64,000 nt of DNA from an uncultured Bacteroidota bacterium (GCA_903912435.1 CAIWHI010000271.1:23327-87326), one strand, 5' to 3'. Shown: positions 1 through 6,674, counted from the first letter of the stretch. Made by a program: numbers and translations. The notes: generated by a model from the letters alone, not told the origin.

Positions 1-79
1 TCTAAGATCAAGTGCTTACCAAGAGGCTTGTTCATTTCATTAGGAATCCTATAACATTTTTTGATGTGTTATTTATCGA

Positions 80-171
80 TGGCGGAAGAGGAGGGATTCG
101 AACCCTCGGTACCCCTTACAGGGTACGACAAATTAGCAATCTGCTACCATAAGCCTCTCGGTCACCCTTCC
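80..171 (-). tRNA. tRNA-Ser(GCT)
   Basis: Cloverleaf with long variable arm, anticodon loop TTGCTAA, TTCGAA T-loop, ends GCCA. Confidence 0.92.
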
Positions 172-173
172 AA

Positions 174-335
174 TTATTTTACATTAATTCCATTAGATTT
201 TAAATATCTCACCAGAGCTCGCATATATGTTGTTTCCATAATAGCATGACATTTATTTTTTGTTTTAGCCACATAGCATTGTCCTGATGGACAACAAATA
301 GTTTTAGCAAGTTCTTTCAAAGATAATTCAATCAT
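174..335 (-). CDS. small hypothetical protein
   Basis: ORF MIELSLKELAK..., with AGGGAA upstream of the ATG. Confidence 0.4.
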   Translation of the reverse strand: MIELSLKELAKTICCPSGQCYVAKTKNKCHAIMETTYMRALVRYLKSNGINVK

Positions 336-371
336 AACATATTCCCTAAGGTGGATTATGATAAATAATAA

Positions 372-454
372 TGTAGCACGGAATCCGTTTTCACACTTTC
401 CAGGGTTTATCAATGTCGAAGGAGAAGTGATTGTCAGACATTGAACGTGCTACA
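372..454. ncRNA. candidate structured spacer RNA
   Basis: Nested inverted repeats TGTAGCACG/CGTGCTACA and CAATGTC/GACATTG; ATAAATA at 361 on + strand. Confidence 0.35.
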
Positions 455-458
455 CAAA

Positions 459-529
459 CTGTTCCTACAGGTATCGATCCTGTGTCTTTCGATTATCAAC
501 CGAATGCTCTTCCATTGAGCTAAGGAACC
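459..529 (-). tRNA. tRNA-Ile(GAT), atypical (ATCG T-loop, 1:72 mismatch, no CCA)
   Basis: GGTTCCT-TAGCTCAATGGAAGAGC-TTCGG TTGATAA TCGAA-ACAGG ATCGATA CCTGT. Confidence 0.75.
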
Positions 530-545
530 ATAGTTTCCGATCAAA

Positions 546-694
546 TGAAATAACCCTGGGTAACTAGTATCCAGCGCCGTTATTTCGTATGTGGCAGGTG
601 CGGTATCTGCCCTTAAACGGGTTGCCCATGCTCCTTTTGAGGATGATCAGTCCTCCCATAATGCTCGTCAGCATCACAGCTTTACTTACCACAA
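546..694 (-). ncRNA. candidate multibranch structured ncRNA in tRNA array
   Basis: Stems TGTGGTA/TGCCACA, TGATGCT/AGCATTA, GAGGA/TCCTC, GAAATAAC/GTTATTTC. Confidence 0.45.
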
Positions 695-713
695 TCTAGT
701 ATATTTTAAAATA

Positions 714-788
714 TGGTGGACCTCCGGGGAGTCGAACCCCGAATTTCGCCGTGCAAAGGCGACGTGTTCCCGCTAGCACTAGAGGCCC
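714..788 (-). tRNA. tRNA-Ala(TGC)
   Basis: Anticodon loop TTTGCAC, G3:U70 pair, ends ACCA. Confidence 0.93.
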
Positions 789-794
789 ATGTTA

Positions 795-868
795 TGCGCA
801 TGGAGGGACTTGAACCCCCAGAACCTGGTTTCTAAGACCAGTATGTTTACCAATTTCATCACACGCGC
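795..868 (-). tRNA. tRNA-Leu(TAG), short variable loop
   Basis: CTGGT CTTAGAA ACCAG; TTCAA T-loop; no encoded CCA. Confidence 0.85.
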
Positions 869-869
869 T

Positions 870-914
870 TATTTATTACTCTATCTTTATACCATCTTTC
901 TGGTATAGTGTCAA
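870..914 (-). promoter_or_regulatory. sigma70-like promoter with adjacent late-promoter motif
   Basis: TTGACA-17-TATAAA then TAATAAATA; near-identical copy at 2011-2054. Confidence 0.75.
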
Positions 915-946
915 TCTTTTTTATCTTCTTATTTAAGATGCTTATA

Positions 947-1025
947 AGCGCCTGACAGGATTCGAACCTGCATTCTCAATCCAGTTACCTCACTCACCGT
1001 TCGTAGCAGCGGGGGTTACAGGCGC
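947..1025 (-). tRNA. tRNA-like RNA, Arg(ACG) anticodon, no canonical D-arm
   Basis: Acceptor GCGCCTG/CAGGCGC, T-arm GCAGG TTCGAAT CCTGT, loop CTACGAA; D-loop-like AACTGGAT lies 3' of the anticodon arm. Confidence 0.7.
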
Positions 1026-1244
1026 ATCAGCTTTTAATTCTTGAAGCGTTTTCTTTTTGAAATGCTTCCTTGGATTGCCACACATTAAGCATGAACAGAA
1101 CTTCATGTTGTCTACATATTTGCCAGGTGGTTGTTGCTGCAACCCCCATTTGCATAACATTTGTGTGACTTTGACTTTCTTTCGTGCTCTATTTATACGA
1201 CGATGTGCTCTTTTAGTTTCTTTAAAGTTTTCGTCGTCGTACAT
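990..1244 (-). CDS. hypothetical basic protein with CSCxxCGNPR motif
   Basis: 84-aa ORF, AAAGGA RBS. Confidence 0.7.
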   Translation of the reverse strand: MYDDENFKETKRAHRRINRARKKVKVTQMLCKWGLQQQPPGKYVDNMKFCSCLMCGNPRKHFKKKTLQELKADAPVTPAATNGE

Positions 1245-1260
1245 GTTGGTCCTTTATGGA

Positions 1261-1335
1261 TGGAGCTGGCAGACGGGATCGAACCGACGACAACTTCGTT
1301 GGCAACGAAGAACTCTACCGCTGAGTTATGCCAGC
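1261..1335 (-). tRNA. tRNA-Gly(GCC)
   Basis: Loop TTGCCAA, ends TCCA. Confidence 0.94.
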
Positions 1336-1342
1336 ATTAACT

Positions 1343-1906
1343 TTAAACTACTTGCCAGTTCAAATTCGAATTGAAGAAGACCAAACCGGTAGTCCTAATA
1401 TAGCGCTCGGCCATAGTAGAAGCTTGACGCAGCTTATTGGTAGTATTCAAATCGAATAGGAACCCATACATTGCAAAAGTGTGAAACCAATATTCTGCAT
1501 TCTGCAGATTCACATGATGATGACCAGGTTGTCCTGGTAGACCATGAGTTACCACGACACGCTTGCACTTAAGGAATGCATCCATATAGTTAGAGATATA
1601 TCGCTGCTCTACATGTTCGAGGAACTCAACAGACCAACCCATATCATAAATCCTATTAGGAATAGGAGCCGGACCGGTCGTAAAATCGTGGATAATACAA
1701 GGAAAGCTCCTCTTGACTGTAAAGTCACCATCCACACCTTGAGCATCTAGGCCTTTAGATATCGCCAGATCTACCATTCCGCCGGGACCACATCCTACAT
1801 CTAGGTAGGACTTAACGCCAAAATTCTCAATCATTAAAGAAAGAGCGCCATCATCAATATGCGTCTCATTTTGGTGGCCACCCAGATGGGCAGGTAAAAC
1901 TGTCAT
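1343..1906 (-). CDS. class I SAM-dependent methyltransferase
   Basis: YLDVGCGPG motif I, EFLEHV motif. Confidence 0.85.
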   Translation of the reverse strand: MTVLPAHLGGHQNETHIDDGALSLMIENFGVKSYLDVGCGPGGMVDLAISKGLDAQGVDGDFTVKRSFPCIIHDFTTGPAPIPNRIYDMGWSVEFLEHVEQRYISNYMDAFLKCKRVVVTHGLPGQPGHHHVNLQNAEYWFHTFAMYGFLFDLNTTNKLRQASTMAERYIRTTGLVFFNSNLNWQVV

Positions 1907-1929
1907 ACTATATTCCTTTGTTTATAAAA

Positions 1930-2006
1930 TGGTAGCCGCCCTAGGGATCGAACCCAGAACCTTGGGAGTCAGAGTCCCACGCTCTAGCCAGTTGAGCTAG
2001 ACGGCT
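1930..2006 (-). tRNA. tRNA-Gln(CTG)
   Basis: TGGGA CTCTGAC TCCCA, CCA end. Confidence 0.92.
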
Positions 2007-2010
2007 ATAG

Positions 2011-2054
2011 ATTTATTACTCTACCTTTATACCATCCTTCTGGTATAGTGTAAA
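2011..2054 (-). promoter_or_regulatory. duplicated early promoter
   Basis: TTTACA-17-TATAAA, near-identical to 871-914. Confidence 0.65.
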
Positions 2055-2123
2055 ATATATCGTTCCTTCGATTATATAACCAGTCTTATTGACATTGCTG
2101 TTTATATAATCGAAGGCTCTGTG

Positions 2124-2196
2124 TACCCGGTGACGGGATTGAACCGCCGACAATCTCGGTGTAAACGAGGCGCTACTGCCGCTGAGCTAACCGGGC
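2124..2196 (-). tRNA. tRNA-Val(TAC)
   Basis: Loop TTTACAC, acceptor GCCCGGT/ACCGGGT. Confidence 0.92.
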
Positions 2197-2200
2197 ATAA

Positions 2201-2278
2201 TGGTCTGCGCGGAGAGATTTGAACTCCCGTTATTCTAGTACCCAAAACTAGTGCCATACCAGGCTAGGCGACGCGCAG
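2201..2278 (-). tRNA. tRNA-Pro(TGG)
   Basis: CTAGT TTTGGGT ACTAG, C1:G72, ends ACCA. Confidence 0.92.
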
Positions 2279-2869
2279 ATTATATTTTTCTATGAATCTT
2301 CTAACTTGTGTATGTGAAACATTCCACATTTTAGAAATCCTAGATATTTTTCCTCTTGTATCTGGCAACAATTTCCATTGTTCGATACGTTTATTAATTT
2401 CTACTTTATCTAAAAGCATTGCATTATTTTCTGATATTTTATTTTTTGATTCTGAACTATGAGACTTTCCTCTGAAACCACACGTTGGGTGTTTTTGTCC
2501 CCATTCGCCAAATTCTCTTTTCTTTTTCATCTCAATAGAATGAAGTTTTCTCTTCTCTTCATTCCATCGTAAACCTTCTTTGTTTATATAATCCCAACCA
2601 CCTTCGCCACCAATCTTAAGATTGTATGTGTTAACATTTTCCACCCAAGATTTATCTACAAAGATAGCTTCTTGTATAAACATTTCTTCTACAGAATCGC
2701 ATTCTTTGATTATTTTTCTTTCAAAGTTTTCAAAACCATATTTCGCGATTGCTTTCTTTAATAATCTACCACTACCAATATATTTGTCTTGTAGAGAGTC
2801 ACATATATGAGCTCCACGGTATTTTTTACCGTTTACCTTATTGGTAGTTTCATAGATTATATAATGCAT
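2264..2869 (-). CDS. GIY-YIG (Seg-like) homing endonuclease with NUMOD3
   Basis: YIIYETTNKVNGKKYRG...YIGSG...YNLKIGGEGG, GKSHSSESKNKIS; TATAAATA at 2891-2898. Confidence 0.9.
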   Translation of the reverse strand: MHYIIYETTNKVNGKKYRGAHICDSLQDKYIGSGRLLKKAIAKYGFENFERKIIKECDSVEEMFIQEAIFVDKSWVENVNTYNLKIGGEGGWDYINKEGLRWNEEKRKLHSIEMKKKREFGEWGQKHPTCGFRGKSHSSESKNKISENNAMLLDKVEINKRIEQWKLLPDTRGKISRISKMWNVSHTQVRRFIEKYNLRVA

Positions 2870-2920
2870 TTAGAACCTCCGTTTCATATTTATTTATAAA
2901 ACGTTAGTTCTTACCAGCCA

Positions 2921-2945
2921 CGCTACCAGACTGCGCTAATCTCCG
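2921..2945 (-). pseudogene. 5' fragment of a tRNA-Pro
   Basis: CGGAGAT-TAGCGCAGTCTGGTAGCG (acceptor 5' strand and D-arm), remainder absent. Confidence 0.65.
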
Positions 2946-2950
2946 ATTAT

Positions 2951-3029
2951 TGGTGCCGAAAGTAGGACTTGAACCTACGACCCTTCGCGTATGAAGCAGG
3001 CGCTCTAAACCAGGCTGAGCTACACACGG
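2951..3029 (-). pseudogene. chimeric tRNA (CAT-anticodon 5' half fused to unrelated 3' half)
   Basis: Acceptor strands CCGTGTG and TTTCGGC do not pair; anticodon stem CCTGC/GCGAA pairs only 2 bp. Confidence 0.7.
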
Positions 3030-3035
3030 TAGAAA

Positions 3036-3119
3036 TGGCGGAGGTACAAGGAATCGAACCCTCAACCTTGCGGTGGCGCGGTTTTCAAGACCGCTTGAGC
3101 ACCTTGCTCGCATACCTCC
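3036..3119 (-). tRNA. tRNA-Ser(TGA)
   Basis: GCGGT CTTGAAA ACCGC, long variable arm, GCCA. Confidence 0.9.
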
Positions 3120-3128
3120 TATTACGTG

Positions 3129-3150
3129 TAAACCACTCGGTCACTCTTCC
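3129..3150 (-). pseudogene. 5' fragment of tRNA-Ser
   Basis: GGAAGAGTGACCGAGTGGTTTA, then truncated. Confidence 0.6.
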
Positions 3151-3154
3151 AAAT

Positions 3155-3230
3155 TGGGGTGAATAACGGGTAACGCTCCCGTCTAGATGGTTTCACAGAC
3201 CACCGCTATGACCACATCAGCTAAAGTTGC
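3155..3230 (-). pseudogene. chimeric tRNA: foreign 5' part plus duplicated 3' 51 nt of tRNA-His
   Basis: 3155-3205 identical to 3330-3380; 5' GCAACTT cannot pair with the His acceptor. Confidence 0.75.
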
Positions 3231-3232
3231 GT

Positions 3233-3323
3233 TGGTACCTCTGCCGGGAGTCGAACCCAGATTGACCAATTATCTGTTGCTACGGGATATAAATCCGCTG
3301 TTTTACCGTTAAACTACAGAGGT
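3233..3323 (-). tRNA. tRNA with TAT anticodon (Ile) and long extra arm
   Basis: ACCTCTG/CAGAGGT ACCA, loop TTTATAT, about 21-nt extra region. Confidence 0.7.
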
Positions 3324-3329
3324 ATTGTT

Positions 3330-3405
3330 TGGGGTGAATAACGGGTAACGCTCCCGTCTAGATGGTTTCACAGACCACCGTCTACACTTGCTGACTCTAC
3401 TCACC
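3330..3405 (-). tRNA. tRNA-His(GTG), atypical T-loop
   Basis: G-1:C73, loop CTGTGAA, T-loop AGCGTTA. Confidence 0.8.
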
Positions 3406-3413
3406 ATAAACTT

Positions 3414-3562
3414 GAGGATGAATTTCACATCCATGTAGACGTTGTGTCCTCTGCCTAGGATCTCACCTAGACTCTTCGATAAGTCCTTTACGGACCGGAT
3501 CAGTATCGACTATCCTTATTTAAAAGGATCGGTCGACTCCCCTCTGACTTTCGTCAGTCGAT
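3414..3562 (-). ncRNA. candidate structured ncRNA (hairpin series)
   Basis: CTGAC-GAAA-GTCAG, GTCGAC..ATCCTT/AAGGAT..GTCGAT, GTCC/GGAC, CTAGG-TGAGAT-CCTAG, GGATG/CATCC. Confidence 0.45.
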
Positions 3563-3651
3563 TTATTTTAGATTATTTAGGCGAGCCAATAGGAAAAGCA
3601 GCGAAGCAATTCCTCCGACTACTAATCCACCTAAAAACCACACTACTGCCA

Positions 3652-4164
3652 TTAGAAGCGGTAGTCCACCCCTGCAGAGAACAGATGCAGCTGCTTATTG
3701 CTTGCATTCAAATCTCGCAGAGCACGAACTTCACGATAACGGAAGTCAAGGTCTACCGATTCAGAAAGTCCAACTCGTACACCAGCACCGACATTAGCGA
3801 CCGGAGTAGCAGCTCCACCCTTCAGAGAGCCAAGCTTATCAAAGCCATAACCAGCACCAACCAAGACGTAAGGAGTTACGGTCGAATTGGGAATACGGTA
3901 CTGGCCAATGACATTGCCTGTCAGCATATTACCATCGCCATGGGTCTTCCAAGCGTGGTCCACATCTACTTCAGCGCGGACATAAGAACCAAACTGGTAA
4001 CCTGCATTGACACCAAGATCGATGCGTGACTTCTCATCAGTTGACGAACCCAAAGATCCGCCGGCATAGAAGCCAGAACGATCGGCCTTAACTGGATCAG
4101 CTGCAAGCGCAGTACCCGTAAGGGCCAAGAAAGCGACAGCAGCCATAAGTGTATTCTTCATCAT
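3652..4164 (-). CDS. outer-membrane beta-barrel protein (Omp25/RopB-like)
   Basis: Signal peptide ..ALA-AD, SGFYAGGSLG, TPYVLVGAGY, C-terminal YRF BAM motif. Confidence 0.88.
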   Translation of the reverse strand: MMKNTLMAAVAFLALTGTALAADPVKADRSGFYAGGSLGSSTDEKSRIDLGVNAGYQFGSYVRAEVDVDHAWKTHGDGNMLTGNVIGQYRIPNSTVTPYVLVGAGYGFDKLGSLKGGAATPVANVGAGVRVGLSESVDLDFRYREVRALRDLNASNKQLHLFSAGVDYRF

Positions 4165-4193
4165 TTCATCCTTTGTTTTGTTTGTAGTCAAAT

Positions 4194-4282
4194 TGGTGAG
4201 GTGGGAAGGATTCGAACCTACAATGTTTCTAATGTAACGGGTTTACAGCCCGCCGCCCAACCACCGTCTGAGCAGCCACCCC
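4194..4282 (-). tRNA. tRNA-Tyr(GTA)
   Basis: GCGGG CTGTAAA CCCGT, long variable arm, ACCA. Confidence 0.9.
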
Positions 4283-4293
4283 ATTTATTTAAT

Positions 4294-4365
4294 TGGTCGC
4301 TTGGGGTAGAATCGAACTACCAGCTACCGGCTTATGAGACCAGAGCAATAACCATATTCCAAGCG
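4294..4365 (-). tRNA. tRNA-Met/Ile2(CAT) with shortened D-arm
   Basis: CGCTTGG/CCAAGCG, loop CTCATAA, D region only AATATGGTTATT. Confidence 0.75.
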
Positions 4366-4374
4366 TATAGATAT

Positions 4375-4451
4375 TGGAGCGGATAGTCGGATTCGAACCG
4401 ACGACGAACAGCTTGGAAGGCTGGCACTCTAAACCACTGAGTTATACCCGC
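4375..4451 (-). tRNA. tRNA-Gly(TCC)
   Basis: Loop CTTCCAA, TCCA end. Confidence 0.93.
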
Positions 4452-4545
4452 AATATATATTGGACTTCACGTTCTTAGTCCTAATTGTCTAATATTCTTC
4501 GACTAAACGACCCATGCATTGCACCGGGTAACTAGATCAAACTTA

Positions 4546-4621
4546 TGGTGCCGGTTGGAGGAATCGAACTCCCGACCTTCTCATTACAAGTGAGTTGCTC
4601 TACCAACTGAGCTAAACCGGC
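4546..4621 (-). tRNA. tRNA-Thr(TGT)
   Basis: Canonical cloverleaf, loop CTTGTAA. Confidence 0.95.
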
Positions 4622-5244
4622 TAATTTCTACCTTTATAATAACCTAATTCAATAAATTTGTCAAGCTCTTCTTTTTTAATTTTTTTATTTTCTTGACCAT
4701 TAGTAATCCAACAAGTCCCATATTGAGAATTCTTTTCACCAGTCTGATGCTTATGATTTTTTATTTTATTGATAGTATTAATACTGTGTTTTTTGCCAAG
4801 AAATGTTCCAGGTTTACCTTTTTGTGATTCTGATATTTTTTTTCGTATATTATCAGCATATCCAGGTATTTCTATTTTATTTTTCTCTTGTGTTTGCCGC
4901 CCTCTTTTTAAATCATCTTTCACGTTAGATGTTTTGCCGTTCATACCATATATATTTTTACCTGAACGATTGATATATCCAAATCCACCTTTACCACCAT
5001 CACAAAGATTGTAACTCTCTTCGGATAATACAACAAGTTCTTTTTCTTTAGCTATCATTTTTTCTTCATTATCAAATACATGAAGTATTTCTTTGGTAAA
5101 GTTTTGAATATTATACTTCTTAATAGCTCGTTTAATAAGCTTACCAGAGCCCATATAACCGTCTTCTAAATTTTCTGTTTTGTGCATTCCAATATAAAAT
5201 TTATTGTTAATTTTATTAGTAATTTTATAGATTGTATATAACAC
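4621..5244 (-). CDS. GIY-YIG (Seg-like) homing endonuclease
   Basis: YTIYKITNKINNKFYIG..YMGSG..YNLCDGGKGG; NUMOD-type C-terminus; TATAAATA at 5282-5289. Confidence 0.9.
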   Translation of the reverse strand: MLYTIYKITNKINNKFYIGMHKTENLEDGYMGSGKLIKRAIKKYNIQNFTKEILHVFDNEEKMIAKEKELVVLSEESYNLCDGGKGGFGYINRSGKNIYGMNGKTSNVKDDLKRGRQTQEKNKIEIPGYADNIRKKISESQKGKPGTFLGKKHSINTINKIKNHKHQTGEKNSQYGTCWITNGQENKKIKKEELDKFIELGYYKGRN

Positions 5245-5306
5245 GCTGCCCCCGTTTGTATAATAGTTTTATTGTCATTACTATTTATACAAACGGGGCG
5301 CTTATG

Positions 5307-5380
5307 CTCCTAGAGTAGGACTCGAACCAACCTGATGAACAGATTAACAGTCTGCTGACCCACCTTGGGTCCGTCTCGGA
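5307..5380 (-). tRNA. tRNA-Asn(GTT), mosaic
   Basis: GCAGA CTGTTAA TCTGT; one mismatch each in acceptor and T stems. Confidence 0.8.
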
Positions 5381-5389
5381 ATAAAATTA

Positions 5390-6040
5390 CTAACCTCGTT
5401 TTTTACCATTTTGTGGTTCAAATTCAGGCAGTAATTTCTTAAATCTTTGTACTAAGTTTGGTAAAGTTTTTTTATATCCTGTTTGGATAACAAACTCTTC
5501 AAACCCAACCTTCTTATATATCATATAGTATTCTCTATATAAGTCAAGTTCTTTTTTACGGCGTATTTCGTTTTCAACTTTTTTCTGTTGTTTGAGCTTT
5601 TTCTTTTCACCCAATCCTTTTTCAGCTAAAGTTTTCGAAACGCTTTCACGTATTTTATTTTTCAATTCAATTGATTTTGTTTTACCAAACTGTGAATTAT
5701 TTATTCCTGATTGAGACAGGCTTTGTATCTCGCTAAATTTTATTCTCAAAAATTCAAATCTTTTAGAAGTTATAACCCTCTGTTGATTTTCACTTTTACA
5801 AACCAACATCATCATAAAAGCTTTGATCATTTTATAATAATTTACAGTGCCTTCAGAATACATTTTTATCAAAAGCAAATGACAGATAAAATGTTCTCTT
5901 GCTGATAAATTTACAAGATTATTTTTATCATCTGTTCCACCTAAAGATTTTGGAACAATATGATGACATTCAACATAACCATTATACGGGTTATTTTTTC
6001 GATTGTCAATAATGTTGTAATAAATTTTAGAGTAATTCAT
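5390..6040 (-). CDS. HNH (Mob-like) homing endonuclease
   Basis: ECHHIVPKSLGGTDDKNNLVNLSAREHFICHLLL. Confidence 0.9.
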   Translation of the reverse strand: MNYSKIYYNIIDNRKNNPYNGYVECHHIVPKSLGGTDDKNNLVNLSAREHFICHLLLIKMYSEGTVNYYKMIKAFMMMLVCKSENQQRVITSKRFEFLRIKFSEIQSLSQSGINNSQFGKTKSIELKNKIRESVSKTLAEKGLGEKKKLKQQKKVENEIRRKKELDLYREYYMIYKKVGFEEFVIQTGYKKTLPNLVQRFKKLLPEFEPQNGKKRG

Positions 6041-6086
6041 ACTGTTAATCCTTTCAAAGTTATATATACAACCTTGAACTTTATGA

Positions 6087-6123
6087 TTAACAGCCGGGTG
6101 CTCTACCATTGAGCTATCTAGGA
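6087..6123 (-). pseudogene. 5' half of tRNA-Asn(GTT), truncated after the anticodon loop
   Basis: TCCTAGA TAGCTCAATGGTAGAGC ACCCGG CTGTTAA, then the HNH leader. Confidence 0.8.
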
Positions 6124-6132
6124 ATAAACATT

Positions 6133-6207
6133 TGGGGGACTAGGAGAATTTCGAAATCTCGACCTGATGGTTAAGAGCCACCTGCTCTGCCTCTGAGCTA
6201 CCAGTCC
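6133..6207 (-). tRNA. tRNA-Lys(CTT)
   Basis: GGTGG CTCTTAA CCATC, CCA end. Confidence 0.9.
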
Positions 6208-6225
6208 AATTCTATTTATTGGACG

Positions 6226-6429
6226 CTAAGCTTGCATAAAGTACTTACGGCGCGCCTGACGCTTAGAATTTACCGAAGTATGCAAAGCAATGTTAAAACC
6301 TTCATTTCGAAGGGTGCGAACCAATTCATAGGGGTTACCTGAATTGAAACGCGAAGCGATCTGCTTAGCAGTAAGTTCCGCGCCATCATTAAGGGCGGCC
6401 AACAGTCGAGTAGCTTTAGCTTGTGCCAT
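6226..6429 (-). CDS. small winged-HTH-like protein
   Basis: LLAALNDGAELTAKQIASRF..LRNEGF; TTGACA promoter at 6461-6489. Confidence 0.7.
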   Translation of the reverse strand: MAQAKATRLLAALNDGAELTAKQIASRFNSGNPYELVRTLRNEGFNIALHTSVNSKRQARRKYFMQA

Positions 6430-6497
6430 AGTGTTTCTTTCATTATCAATCAATAAAGTCATAATATACTGTATTCGGTAAAATGTCAACTACTATT

Positions 6498-6674
6498 TTA
6501 TAATTTGTCGATCATTCGGCCATTTTCATCTGCGCAGCGAACTCGATGGTCAGGATGCATTTTCTGCACACTCTGCATCTCGATTAAGATACGCTGAGGA
6601 GAAGAACTATCCGGCATTGTAACCGAGTTACGCCAGCCGCTTAGGTCTTGAAATTGAACATAAATGTTAGCCAT
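6498..6674 (-). CDS. hypothetical 58-aa protein (absent from ORF track)
   Basis: MANIYVQFQDLSGWRNS...DKL; AAGGAG RBS, coupled to upstream stop. Confidence 0.7.
   Translation of the reverse strand: MANIYVQFQDLSGWRNSVTMPDSSSPQRILIEMQSVQKMHPDHRVRCADENGRMIDKL

Noticed and set aside
3414-3562. tmRNA or hammerhead ribozyme
   Set aside because: No alanyl acceptor ends or tag ORF; CTGACGA closes a plain hairpin rather than a hammerhead core
3442-4029. 195-aa + strand ORF
   Set aside because: Antisense shadow of the beta-barrel gene and the structured RNA; no recognisable motifs
61-4386. Short ORFs overlapping tRNAs (61, 591, 2904, 2969, 4201)
   Set aside because: Explained by tRNA sequence
4460-4540. 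Twister-like ribozyme in the Gly-Thr spacer
   Set aside because: Only weak pairing and no complete consensus
5307-6123. Group I intron in tRNA-Asn
   Set aside because: No room for a ribozyme core, and a spliced product would have a non-pairing anticodon stem (CCCGG/TCTGT)
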